Below are positions 12,974 to 25,936 of a stretch of 64,000 nt of DNA, piece after piece. Below the pieces are notes generated by a model that worked only from the letters and a program-made list of their open reading frames with translations, was not told where the DNA came from and ran no database searches. The first letter of the stretch is position 1. Each line of letters starts with the position of its first letter. Made by a program: the position numbers and the translations under genes. The DNA is from Lineus longissimus (taxonomy: Eukaryota): NCBI RefSeq assembly GCF_910592395.1, contig NC_088308.1, forward strand, positions 682,001-746,000, in the 5' to 3' direction.

Positions 12974-13584
12974 CTCCTTACGTCCACAACACATTTTTCT
13001 ACATCGGGGTGATTTCATACTGTTGATTGTTGTGCTACATGGCAATCCAGTGGAATGGAAATTTATAATTTTGGCTTGTCTATGGGCAGGACCCTTGCTA
13101 ACATTTTAGGATCAAGCACCATCCTCAAAGAGATCATTTCTTAATCAGATTTACATGTACAAACATGCTGTATGTTCCAGATGCACAATCTACAATCCAC
13201 TGTATCCATTGTCATATTGTTTACAAAACAAGGCAGATGAGGAGATGGAGTGATACCAAGTGGGAATCCACACTGGTCATGACCAGAATTAATTCACAAC
13301 AATGGCATTCGCATCGCTCATATATTGTTGCTCCGGGAAATGGGTTATTTCCAGATGGCATTTATTGTCTGTATCAAGGATCTCCTGAGCTAAATTGGGT
13401 CATATAGGCTCAGGAATGGCCAGGAATGCCAGAGAATTCTTGACTTTTTTGCAGGGAACACTAGGAAGGAAGCTATTGAACACCTCTCCGGCTGAGCTTA
13501 TTATTTGAAAACACAGTAAATAACATGCTGAGGAAACCAGGGGTTAATGTTTGCTTCTGCGGCCCTGCACACAACCCTGACTTC

Positions 13585-13880
13585 GATCAGTGGCAGAGTG
13601 GTTAGAGTGGCGGGCTTATACTAACCAGCAGGTTGTGATGTAGTTTCGACACTCGGATGAATCAGCACTGTTTCATCTTAGTGTCCTTGGACAAGGCACT
13701 TAATCGTCCTTGCTTCTCAGGGTACCACGAGGCTAGCCTGGGAAGTTAACCTGCGTTAGGCCAGCATCCCAGCCAGGGGGAGTATTACTCCTACATGTAG
13801 TTGCTTTAAAATGCTACATGTATGCTTAGAGTATTCAGACAAGCATGACAATCAGGGATTGGCCTGATAAGCCGTTCTCC
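13585..13880 (+). mobile_element. tRNA-derived SINE with conserved central domain
   Basis: A box TGGCAGAGTGG, degenerate B box, CORE-like GTGTCCTTGGACAAGGCACTTAA, followed by AACCTGCG...GCATCCC..CCAGGGGGAGTA, which resembles conserved metazoan SINE bodies. Confidence 0.65.
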
Positions 13881-15356
13881 GCTCGACAAAATATCACAGC
13901 TGACACACCACCAACACTGGTGATCAACATGTAGTGGCAGGTGAATCACAGGCAGGAAAAGGAGGTCGATGACTAATTGTACTACTGAAATTCACATTCC
14001 ACATACATGACATACATGATCTGAAATGAAGTTGTTATCCAAATAAGCTGATAATTATCAAACTGGGTGTTTGAATGTCAACTTTGGGTTGGGACATTTG
14101 GCCATGGTTAGATGATCCTACAAAAAATGCATACTGTACATTTGGGGTCAACTCAAAACACAGAATTCCTGCATCCTCAGGAAGAACTTCCTTATCATAG
14201 TGAAATGGCAAAGAAGGTGAAGCCTCGGCAAGACATATGTCAAGATTACAGATCGGGAGGAATCTTTGCTATCGTTCAGCGTGTTGAAGTGAGGAACTTC
14301 TGACAGCCCTCAAGATTAATCACGGAATCACAATGGCCTGTTGTGGCGATGAACTCCTTGTTTGAACCGAGAGTTGAAGGTAAGAACAAGAGGAAGTATC
14401 AGTCGGAAGACCAATCACATTAGCTTCAGAAGTGAGGTTCTAACTTCATGTTATCAGCAAAATCACTTCATCTAACTTCTTAGAGGATTCACCATTGAGT
14501 AAATCCTTAGTCAACTCCGAGGTAGGGCCTACATCAGGGTTGAAATTCGCGACATCTAACGGATTGTCGCAGGAACCAAGAAAAGTGCAGCCTCATTAGA
14601 CCCGATTAGGCCCCATCGTTGCTGATTGATACCACATCCGGTTAGGAATCGGGGCGAATCTGATCGAATCCGAATACGGTTTTTGTGCGACACTGTCATG
14701 AGTCAGCCATAGGATCCATCATGGGGCACACCTATCAGACACTGATGGCCACATACTCTTTCTTCTGATTTTTTACAACTGCATGTACAGTATGTATACA
14801 TGTAGTGTACGTGCATTACGCAGGTGAGAATCAAGAGCCATACCTGTAGATATCTTGAACAGACCTCAGCTCTCCCAACCGAAGAGTGAGGACGAGTGGC
14901 CTGAGTTCTACCATCTGAATACAGTAACAGTGACTTGAGGTAGTGGCACCAGCCCATCTCAACTCCTGACAATGTGACTGTTACCATGACAACCAGTGAA
15001 TAAACAGCTTGTGTGGGATATCTTGCAAATTAAAGCTATAACTTCAGCAGCAGAGATGCTAACGATGGTTGCATATTTCATTAAGCTAGTCTGTACCACA
15101 ACACAAACTGCTCAATCAATGCACATAAGCAATATTGACCAAAATCTGTCTCTGTATTCATTATGAAAAGTGTACTTGGGTATATGTATTGTATTCCTGT
15201 GAAACACACCACCTTATGAATGCTTGTTTCAGTGATGCTCCTCTAGCATGGCTTGTATTTCAGCATGGACTCAAACCTTAGGTCAAGAAAACATTACACC
15301 CAGGTGAAATTAGGCATGCCACTTTGGCAAATGAGCAATTTTTACCAAACAGACGT

Positions 15357-15460
15357 CAGACATGTCAGAGGAACTTGGGACACCATCAGGCATGTCAGAG
15401 GAACTTGGGACACCATCAGACATGTCAGAGGAACTTGGGACACCATCAGACATGTCAGAG
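15357..15460. repeat. 30-bp tandem repeat, about 3.4 copies
   Basis: CAGACATGTCAGAGGAACTTGGGACACCAT repeated directly. Confidence 0.9.
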
Positions 15461-16519
15461 TGGGAGGTGGCTAGGAAGCTGGAAAGATCACAAGCCAGTC
15501 TTGTCAGTGCAAAACAAGACCTCTTCTATTGCAGCATCCAGAGTTATTGAGGCCTGATGCAAGATCATCATGTAGTGGTGAAGCTACACAAAACAACGAC
15601 CCATAAACTCAACACAGTTATCGATCATGACACCATCTTTTCAGCACTCATTGCATAAATTTTAAATTGATCTTGACTAACATGGTTGATATCATTCATG
15701 TATTGCACAATCGCTTTAAATAAATGAGATATGGGAGGCCCCGGCATGCTAAAATCAAGGAGGGTGACGTGGTCACAGGCATGACAGGACAAGGCATTTA
15801 GCACTGCCACTGAGAACAAATTCACTGAAAATGAGAGTTACGGATTGTAATTGGTGAATGGATTTCTAAGTGGACCACTTAACAGTACATTCATATTGAC
15901 CAGTATCTATGTTGTATATCCAAGAGATTTGGTGAAATGGGCAAAAGGTGGAGATTTTTCAGCAAAATTTAGATGTCACCTAGTCCTGTATCTTGAAAAT
16001 TCACATATTTTCAGCCCATTCACCAATTTTGTAAACAATGTTTCAACAGGAACTCGAGTCAAAGCACTACTGACTGAGTGTTGAATCACCCAGTGGCAGA
16101 ATATGAATCAAACTATTTATAGGTTTTGACCTCGTCAGACAATGCAAACTAAATTAGAAAAATTGAAGGTAAAAAATATTTTCAACACGCTGTAAAAAAA
16201 CCTTTTTATAATTTACAATTTTCTATTTACACCATTATAATACAGTATATTATGACAATAAATACACACCATCAAATTCCAATGATGTCAAACAAATGTT
16301 TTACACCATACATGAAGGCTTGCTTGCCGCTGCCCCCCCCCCTGAAATCCACTTCACAGGAATGCAAGGGACATAAATTGCCTTGGAAACAAGGGTTAAG
16401 AATCAATTCTATAATACCACAATGTACGTATTTACACCGGCAGTGAGAATGAGATAATGGAGGCGTTCAATGCTGATACAGTTAGAGAATGTCTGCCTCT
16501 GTTTTCAAGTGAAAGTCAT

Positions 16520-19290
16520 AACAAGAGGCCCAAGGGCCTGGCGCTCAGCTGAAATGGATAGGTGAAGGCAAGGGCCAAGTGTGTGTCGGTACCGTTATTA
16601 TGAGGCAACGTGAAGCTATAACGTCTAGCACGCAGAAGTGCTGGTGCGAAGACCTTCTTGCTATATCAGTGCATGCTGAAGTACTGAGTTGACGTCACCC
16701 TGCTATATGACGTAAAGTCATTTCTATTGCTGTTGCAGTAGTGGGGTGTGTGATGACGTCAAGGAGTTGTGTGGTGACGTCAAAGAGTGGAGTCCTTGTC
16801 TTCATGCAGCGTAGGTGGAACTAATAACATGCACATGGACACAAGGTACATAATTATTACAGTGTATTTTGTGAGGTGGGGCCTGGTGCTTTACAATGGT
16901 CAAATGAACCGACTGTTGTCTGGACATTGATGAAGTGGATGTGCAGCCAAATTTTTGGGACGGTCTTTTTTGTATGTGAAGAAAAGATAAGATAAAGAGT
17001 TGGTTAACAAAATGAACTTTATTGGTGTGACAGATATTTGATGCCTTTCGGCAGATATTTGAAGCGCCTTGCGGCAGATATTTGTAGCCTTGCGGCAGAT
17101 ATTTGATAACGCTCTCCGGGAATGGAAAGCAGTAAAACGAGTAAGCACACCTTACTCTGAATGTGGGAACAGCAAGTGCTTTCCTGGACTTGAAATGTGC
17201 CAACGACTCCTCTTGCAATAACCAACAACAGTAAATCTGTAAAAAAAGATAAGAGAAATTAACACTGACTGAATAAAAAAGGGTGACATAGACGGGGAAA
17301 TGTACACCACCGGATACAGTCTGTGCTTGACCAGGCATCGGTCAGATGATATCCTGAACAAGGCATCTATGGAAGCAAATCCAGAAAGAGACTTAACCTT
17401 TGAAGGGCACACTTATTACTCAGTGAAAAGTCAGTCCTGTGGGCTGTTTTCCAATTCAAAATTAAAGTGTAACCTCTTTAAATTAGTCTCACAGACTGAA
17501 CCATAACACTCAACAGCCAACCGTGCCCATATGATGTGAGCCGAGAGCTGGGCTTAAAGATGAGCGAGTGGTGTACTACATTTTGGAAATTGTCTATCGT
17601 CTACGACATGTGACAGAACAGGATCTAGTGGACTTAATGATGAGGTACTATCAAATAAGGTGTCCATCAATTGAATCATGAGGGCCTGTTGAGTTATCCT
17701 CTTAGGCTATCGTTTTTGTCTTTTTTTACAGCCAACAGTACAACCATGCACAGCGCAGTGTAGACAGTACAGGATTGCAAACCAAAAACATGAGCATTGC
17801 TGCCTAACGAAACTGCAGTGGAATTCATACTACGATGTATAATGTGACTTTCAAAATAATTTTTTTCCCGGCCAATGACCAGATAGGGAGAAAACAAACG
17901 TAAATGGCGAGATTTGTTGCAAAATTGCCAACCACAACAACTCGGGGACCGTAGCCAAAATGGCCGACGGCGAATTCTCCGGTAGCTCGCGCAGTCCATA
18001 AACAAGCATCAATTTTACCAACTTTGGGTGCAAGCTTGGTCATCAAAGTTACAGAACTGTTAGAAATACATCTAAACAACATAAATATACAGTTAAAAGT
18101 GCATAAAAATCCCGTTTCAACCTCCGGGCGCTACCTTTTTTTCTCCGCCAGACTTCGGACCCTACCGGTCGTTATTTAGTGCGACCGCCACCAGCGGTGT
18201 TTATCAAGATCTTTCGCCGTTTTAATTGCGCGTTTTAGGCAGATTAATCAATTATTACATGCATGCATTATATATCACCGAAATGATAATTGCGTAGGCT
18301 ATTTGAAACTAAGTTCAGATATTATTTTCGATCTTTGAACTGAATTAAGGCGAGTGATTCTTGACACCCGGTCGACAAATCAGGACTTGCAAAATTCACG
18401 TGAGATCGCTTGCATCATCGGCACGTTTGAAAGCCGAATTTCACAAATTCCACAAATATTTATCACATACTATATGTATCACCACAAAGGTAACTCTCTA
18501 GACTATTTGAAACCAAGTTCAGATACTTATTTTCACAAAACTTCGAAGCTATGCAAGCGATTTTTCAGTGGTAGAGATCGACGGAAACAAATTTCTCGCT
18601 CTAAAATGACATGAGACGAGCACCAACTTTCGCTAATTTGTGCACAAAATTTCCGCAATATTATAAAAAACTATTGATAAATCTGAATTATATAGACTCT
18701 TTGCAGTACCTTCACAAATTTCAGGTACATGGTCATGTTGATTAAAAGAGTATCAACCGATTGAACATGAGAAAGTTCACTCACCTTCATTGAAGCAGCG
18801 ACTACCGCCATTTTTAAATGGTGGCATCTCTACTATCGATCGGCCAATCAGCAGCACTGCTTGCAAAAAAGTTGAGCCACCGCCAAATTTGAAATCGCCA
18901 AAATTCAGTCAATGTGCCTGCAGCGCCAACTGGCGGTGAAAACTATATTAATTCCATTAAAAGTAAAAAATGAAAAAATATTCAAAAATATTCAGCCATA
19001 TTTGAAATCAATATTTGCTCTGTGGACCGAGGTAAAAAGGGAAAGAAATCTAAACGCGAAATGACCTCATTCTCTTAATATAGGTCGGATCGCGCTGATT
19101 TTTCATTTTTTGAGTTCACCTTGGGCAACTCCTAATTTAGCACCGTCAACGAAGTGGCTGGGCTTTCCCGGTCAGAAATGTCCAATTTTGTCCACAGATG
19201 GGTCCCTAGATGGATGGATGGATTGCAGGACGGACACCATTTGAACAGCTATTCTACTAGCTCCGCTGACTTTGTCAGCTGAGCTAAAAA
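16520..19290 (-). mobile_element. Helentron-associated non-autonomous element (HINE/DINE-1-like), about 2.8 kb
   Basis: One end has the hairpin AGGCCCAAGGGCCT plus subTIR GCTCAGCTG. The other end has a (GGAT)/(GGAC) microsatellite, the inverted repeat GCTCCGCTGAC-TTT-GTCAGCTGAGC and terminal CAGCTGAGCTAAAAA. Inserted in A/T runs with no TSD. Internal GCGGCAGATATTTG tandem repeats at ~17030-17106. Confidence 0.75.
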
Positions 19291-20549
19291 CAGTTCAAGC
19301 AGTCATGCAAGTGTGAGTCTACATTGTAAGTAGGGCCTACATAAAATGCATGCTACATGTACAGGGCAAAGTGCTACATGTTGTTTTGTTTTATTAAAGA
19401 GATGGTCCAGTGCAGGTTGTTTCAATTCTGTGTACCCATACTGCAGTTCACATGTTGTCTATAAACCAATAAACCAGTCCTTCAATCACATGTACTGTAC
19501 ATGGTGACGTAGACCAAGATTGTTCTACCACTATAAATTGTCTTTCCAATTCCATTGTCTTTCTATGAATAGGCTAACCCCTAGACAGTGGAGGACTGGT
19601 TTGTAGCATTGGTCCATGTAACGGTAAGGTAAGGCCTGCATGCAGGCCTCTTGACAAAATCAATGACAGTTTTATTGAAACTTTGACATTTCGTAAATTA
19701 CATGAATTATGTCAGTGTGCCTTGTAGTAATGCAAATTAGAATAGTTTACCTACATCCAATTGTTTCATACCCAGTACAAAAATATGGACTTTGATCGAG
19801 TCTTTTTCATTCTAAACCAAATGTAGGGATGACTACAACTTGTACAATGTACATGTATGCACTGACTTTTTCTCTCACTAGAAATCATGCTCTGGCGTGT
19901 TGAGTTCACTTTACTTTTCTCAGAGCCCAGAAAGACCATAATCTGTCTTCAAAAAGCTATCTTAAACTTCATCTTCCTGACATATCTGATAAAGTGAATC
20001 ATACAATGTACAATTTACATGTACATGTTCAAGTAAGCAATCGACAGCTACTGGACATACAACGTCATCATGTTATGTGACCTAAATTTATAACTCAACT
20101 ATTGACATTATTGAAAATGAAATGCATTTTAAAAGTTATGAAAAAAACGTTCGTACAATTGATATAATGGAAGCACATTCATTAATTTAAAATGAGCATG
20201 CTAAAACAGAAAGAGCCCAACTGTTGATGTCTTACCAAGTATAAAACATGAATTTTATATAAAAACGATTCAAATGGCAAACCAATACATGTGAAGCATA
20301 TAATCCATTTTTTTGAGGCAACATGTACATATACTATGTGTAGGCTAGACTCTCTGTATTTTCCCAATGTCTGGAATAGAGTTTATGCTAGTCATTGGGA
20401 AAATGCAGCTATCTTAGTCTTAGTACATTTCTGTAGCCAACTGCTTCCCACAAGTGCTGCGGAAAGAATACTGTAAGCCAGGTACACATACTTATCTGAG
20501 ACAATTGAGAAATTGAACTAGTTACCACGTACCATGCATACTTGTCATT

Positions 20550-21737
20550 TTACGGTTTATCTTCTTCATTTTCTTGCTCTAGGCTGATGGTGACCTCGGG
20601 AGACCCATCATGACTTTGGTTGCGAGCATTGTTCAGTTCTTCACTACTTTGGTGTGAATGAGTTGAATTGTTCTCATTTGAAATGTTACAAGTAGTCGAT
20701 GCAGTTGTGCTGGTGACAGTGTTATCCTGGGTGACGACGCGGTTTATTGAACTCGTCGATGTTGATATATGACGTGACGTTGGTCGCGGTCTCTCTTGGG
20801 CTGGTTGATGAGGAAGAGTGGCACTACGACTAGAGGTAGTGTTCGTTGTAGTAGGATGACTAGCAACTGACTGAGTAAGGTTCCCAATGGTGGATACAGG
20901 TGGCGCTGTGGAGATACGGTCAGAATCTAAAGCATCCGTAGACGAGTAAGGTGGTGGAGGCGCGGGGTGTATTGGAGCGTACGACCCTGGCGCGGGAAGC
21001 ATGTACATCACTTGCTGATTGTTGACTTCAGCCGGCTGTATGATGTATGCTCCGTGAAATGAAAACAGGCCACTTTGTTGAGAAGACGACGTCGGGGTGA
21101 TCAGCGCAATGGGCTGCTGATCCCCGGCCAAGCCTGCACCACTTAAACGATTAGGGAAATATCGCACGTCAGGATTGCCACCCGGTGCCAGGCGACCTGG
21201 TTGGTATGCACTGTCATAGACACCACAGCACACAGCACGACAACAGATCACTGCTGAAACAATGGCACAGATGCCTTCGATTAATCCAATGAGAAGAACC
21301 AAGCTGTGCACCACCATCACTTGAACGACATTCTCCTTTGGAACTTTTCCTGCTTCAACTTCGAGGTGATCGATGAAAAGACCTGCTATAGAAAATCCGC
21401 ACAGAATAGCTGATACGCCAGCAGATATAATTGAAAGCACCATAAATGAAATAATCATACAATTGTCTTTCCTTTTTGATGTAATGATACCAACAATCCC
21501 GGAAGCCATGAAGAAGATTCCTGACCACACTCCAGTTCCAACAAAATAACCCCACGCCATTGCAGCGATAGTGACTGTTGCCAGAATAATTGAGGCAACT
21601 CCAGCCAGGAGTTGAATTACCCCAAGTACAAGAGTCTTTTCATGAGCAAATCCTGGTCTTCCATTATCCTCCTGGCGCCCGGGCTGGCGACTTGTAGGTG
21701 TTGGCGCGGGCCGGCTTGCTCTCAATAATGGTGGCAT
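20550..21737 (-). CDS. MS4A/CD20-like four-TM membrane protein with a long Pro/Ser/Thr-rich cytoplasmic tail (395 aa, single coding exon)
   Basis: CD20-like pattern LVLGVIQLLAG...GTGVWSGIFFMASGIVGI...MVLSIISA...LLIGLIEGICAIVSAVICCRAVCC; PPPPY motif in the tail; 5'UTR intron acceptor at ~21788. Confidence 0.85.
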   Translation of the reverse strand: MPPLLRASRPAPTPTSRQPGRQEDNGRPGFAHEKTLVLGVIQLLAGVASIILATVTIAAMAWGYFVGTGVWSGIFFMASGIVGIITSKRKDNCMIISFMVLSIISAGVSAILCGFSIAGLFIDHLEVEAGKVPKENVVQVMVVHSLVLLIGLIEGICAIVSAVICCRAVCCGVYDSAYQPGRLAPGGNPDVRYFPNRLSGAGLAGDQQPIALITPTSSSQQSGLFSFHGAYIIQPAEVNNQQVMYMLPAPGSYAPIHPAPPPPYSSTDALDSDRISTAPPVSTIGNLTQSVASHPTTTNTTSSRSATLPHQPAQERPRPTSRHISTSTSSINRVVTQDNTVTSTTASTTCNISNENNSTHSHQSSEELNNARNQSHDGSPEVTISLEQENEEDKP

Positions 21738-22249
21738 CTTTAAATTAGGTTGGTTACGCCCAATTGACTATGTATTCATTACGATTCTGAAAGGAGAAAA
21801 AAGGAATTCTTATTCTAGTAGGACATATGTGTGTATTGAATATGATATCACCGAATTATTTTTGCATAATCTGCACAAACATGAATTACTGAAGGCGGAA
21901 CTATGACCTATCAAAATTAAGATCGAGAGAAATGAATCAGTTAGCTGCGAGTACTGTACACTGTACACTGTACACTACCGGCTTGCAAGTCATATATTTT
22001 ATGTCGTACGACTATGAGACGATATTATTTGTTATGGAATTGGAAGTGGAACTGATGAAGATGAACTGGAACCAATGTCATGATATGATAGCTCCCCCCC
22101 CCCAACGTATGCAAAATGGGACTAAATTTTTCAACCCATCCCCTCATGTTTAAGTACTGAAGAGTATGACCCCTTACGGTTACACCACAATCATGAAAAT
22201 ACAGTACAGTACACAATACACACAACACACGAACATGATCCATGATCAT

Positions 22250-22595
22250 GATGAACAATGATGATCATGTTTTCGGACAAAACGAAAATTCCTTTTTCGA
22301 GGTAATTCTTGATCTGATTTTACAATCGAAGCAGTTGAGGCCTGGCACAAACCTATATTTTCCACACACGTCGATAGAATGCTAATTTGACGTAAAGTTT
22401 TTGAGATTTTTGGCTTTATTTCTCACAAACTTCATGAAAATTGATGGACAAAACAGACAGAAACTACGTCACCTGGGCACGAGCTAAGAAATGAGCAAAT
22501 TTTGTCAGACGTTTTTTGATTGGTTTTGTTGTCAGTGCTCATCCAATCAGAACGTCGTTAACAAATTTAGTGGACCTGAACACGGGGTTGGCAAA
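22250..22595. promoter_or_regulatory. Probable bidirectional promoter between the MS4A-like gene and PSMD10
   Basis: Divergent CDS starts only ~860 bp apart; CRE-like TGACGTAA and TACGTCA, plus CCAAT/ATTGG boxes at ~22518-22546. Inferred from position and motifs. Confidence 0.45.
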
Positions 22596-24311
22596 ATGTC
22601 GGATGTAGAGGTCTGCCAGCTCGCGTACGAAGGAAAACTAGGAGAACTCAAGTATAAAACCATTGATGATCGGTCTCTTTTCACAAAAGTGGACCAGGTA
22701 CTTATCTGGAAGAAGTTGTTCTCTTTAACTTTCGTTTTTTCTGTTGTTTCTTACTTATGAAGGCAATATGTTCAAGTGTCCGATAATAGAGACTTGCTGT
22801 ACTTTCATCCACATACTTTTCCTATGTACCGTCGTCGGATGCACCATGAATTTGCAAAAATGAAGCCTCGTTAAAGAAAGACTTTTTTCTCATTTTTCAG
22901 TGTGGTCGAGTCCCATTGCACTGGGCTGCATCTGGCGGGAGAAATGAAGTTGAAGAGTTTTTGTTGCAACAGAATGTAGATGTGGATCCAAGAGATGCTG
23001 TAAGATTATAGAATAGAATGGTACCACCTCGATCGGCTTTATTCTGAGGAAATCGGTGGTTAACGTTCCTTTCTCCGGCCCTGCACACAAACCCCTGAGA
23101 CATTCGCCCTCATTTGGTGAAGTACAGGCGTACATCAACAGTTATTGATACAATGTCCAAAGACGTGGCAATTTCAAGGCTTAATTCCTTAAAAGTGACT
23201 TGTACATGTAGTGTAATGATCAATGTTTACTATGAACTTTGTCTATTTTTCAGTCAGATTGGACGCCCCTGATGATTGCAGCCTCAGCAGGAGGACAGCA
23301 AATAGTTGCAGACTTAATTGGCCATGGTGCATCAGTAAACGTCATCAACTCAACTGGTCAGACTCCACTGCATTACACCTCATCCAAGGATAGATATGAT
23401 GTAAATAAAATCTGCTTACATGAATATGTGGATAAATCATACTTAAACATGCTAAAATACTCTCACTTAATGATGTTCTTTACTCTAAAAATGCTGTCTC
23501 TTTGAGGCCTACTCAGTTTGTTGTTCACATTTGAAATGAATAACACCTGATGTTGTTCACCAGAAAGTTTTGCTTGCATAATACGAGTCCATAATACGAG
23601 TCCTAAATAAGGTAAATATTTGCTATTTTCAGTTGACTGAGTTGCTTTTACAGAATGGTGCTAACCCAAATATTGGCGACCAAGTGGGTAATACACCCTT
23701 ACATCGATCAGCCAGTAAAGGCAACATCAAAATCACCAAACTCTTGTTGTCCTATAATGCTGACACATACTACCAGGATACTGAAGGAAATACACCACTG
23801 TAAGTTTAACAGGTACATGTGGATGAATGTTACATGCATATTGTAAAAAGATTTATCAGTGGAATGTTGAGGATTTATGTGTCCTTAGATTGATGTTGTC
23901 TAGTGTTCTCTTCTTGTACTTGTACTTTCTGTGCATCTCTTTCAGCCACCTTGCCTGTGAGGAAGGAAGGCCCCAGGATGCCAAGCTGTTGGTGGATCAT
24001 GGTGCCAGTATGACAGTACGCAACAAGGTAAGACATCGACCAATCTGACATGAAGTGCTGTTAAGATCAATTTCTCATAGTCTGCTGCAGATGCTATGTG
24101 AAACTGCTGTATGCTTTAGTGTTCCTCGTTTACATTGGATCAGATGATCTTCATACAGCAAGGATTCCAGGGTCTAAAATTCCTGATGATTGCTTGATTT
24201 TTTTATTGTGTTTGTTACTCAAATGCCGTTCATTTCTTACAGGATGAGAAGAGTCCACTAGAGCTGGCCGCGCCAGGATTACGGAGACAGCTGCAAACAA
24301 TATCAACGTGA
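22596..24311 (+). CDS. PSMD10: 26S proteasome non-ATPase regulatory subunit 10 (gankyrin), about 221 aa; exons 22596-22697, 22901-22999, 23254-23400, 23633-23799, 23946-24027, 24243-24311
   Basis: MSDVEVCQLAYEGKL, GRVPLHWAASGG, WTPLMIAASAG, GQTPLHYTSSKDR, TPLHRSASKGN, DTEGNTPLHLACEEGR, KSPLELA match the gankyrin ankyrin repeats; 666 nt spliced ORF with consistent phases. Confidence 0.95.
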
Positions 24312-24676
24312 CACGTTTGCTAGAAATTGTTTATTGGAGAGTTTCTGGATTCTGAGAACTTGGACATGTCACATGTACAAGTGTTGGAGACTGGACTTTA
24401 TCGTTTGACTTGAGTGATGACATTGGAAGCCATAATCGCTTGTTGTTCTTGATTTCCTACGCATTGGTTTGTTCATGCCAGACTTTCATTCATAGAAATG
24501 TTTGATATCAAGACTGTGTGTGTGGGGGGGGGGGTTGAACTTGTTGCCGGTGTTTTAAAGTACGGTGTTGTCAACTCCTTTATACGTACATGTAAATGTC
24601 TTCCGTGTAATTTTTCTGGTTCTAATCATGTTCAAACCTGAATAACCAGTTCTTCATTTATCTTGATCTTTTTTAT

Positions 24677-24682
24677 AATAAA
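24677..24682 (+). terminator. Candidate polyadenylation signal for PSMD10
   Basis: AATAAA ~370 nt after the stop codon, with a downstream T/GT-rich tract. Confidence 0.4.
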
Positions 24683-25936
24683 AACAGTTCAATTCGGAAA
24701 CAGATTTTTGTTGAATCAGTAAGTCTTGGTCCTTGGATTTTTGCTTTTAGTCAGTCGTCCAGTCCCAATAGGACTGATGGTGCCAGGGTGACAAAATTAC
24801 CCAAAACCTAAATGTAACCTCACATATAAAACCAGAGGAGATGTTCTACCAAAGATGTCCATCTGTCGTCCCAAGGTACAGAGTCACTTCAGGTACATGT
24901 ACTCCTGGAGTTGCCTAGTTGAATATTGAGCCTGTCTTAGTGCACAGTGGAATAGAAGCCTTACCAAAGATGGTTCTGATGTTGTCCCATAGAGGGTTCT
25001 GATGTTGTCATGGTCGTCTCGCAGATGAGGTGTGCAAGAAGTGTCTTTGGTACATCCTGGTGACATCGGGTTGTGAAATAGCTGTCCCCAGTCATATGTT
25101 TCTTGGCCCATTGCATATGAAGGCCATGTGCTTGTTCTTGACTACTTGTAAGGGATCTCCGTGTCTTTCAAGACAGCCTTTTGACCCTTCAAGTGAAAGC
25201 TTTTCAGGTTTTATATCAATAGTGTCCATCGTTTGATTCATCCGCTTGTTTGTTTATTTGCCAGCATTATAACATGGTTACCAATGTTCCGGATCATTTG
25301 ATATACTGCATTGTACGGACTCAGGATACTTGAAGTATCCTACCAGTATAACTCATTCTATCTCATAACATGCCTTATATACTGAAGTATATTGTATCAC
25401 TCAAGTTATGATTTCAACCCATTTCGTGCAGTGGTCCATCTTCCCTAAGCAGTGGAGACCAGTATGCATTCCTAATATCTAGCTCAAACCGATTCCATTT
25501 TCTGGTGTTCTGTCTCTGGCTTGGCAAGTCTGGGAGATGGGATTCAAGGAGGTAGAGATTGTCTCTCACCATGAGTGGTCTGTAGGCTGTACCAAGTACA
25601 TACATTTCCATTCCAGACATGACAATTTGATTGCAGTGGCTGAATATTTTAGGTGTCTTCAATAAGTACAAACAACCAGCAAGTGGAATTTAGAAAACCT
25701 TGTATTGGTTTTATTATTTATAAACATTAATTTTTGTCAAAAACAATTATTTCATCGGACGTTTTATACAGAAATCAATGGCAAAGACTTTGGACATAAA
25801 CAGGATACACTTCAGGCAGCTGTGTGTGAATGTCATATCAAACTGGCAGTGGCTGTACACAGGAGGCTTTATATTGGAGTACAGCATCATTGTAGGACAA
25901 CATGTGATCAAAACAAAATAGAATGAGAGTCAAATG

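Noticed and set aside
15253..15557. Repetitive ORFs in three frames
   Set aside because: A by-product of a 30-bp stop-free tandem repeat.
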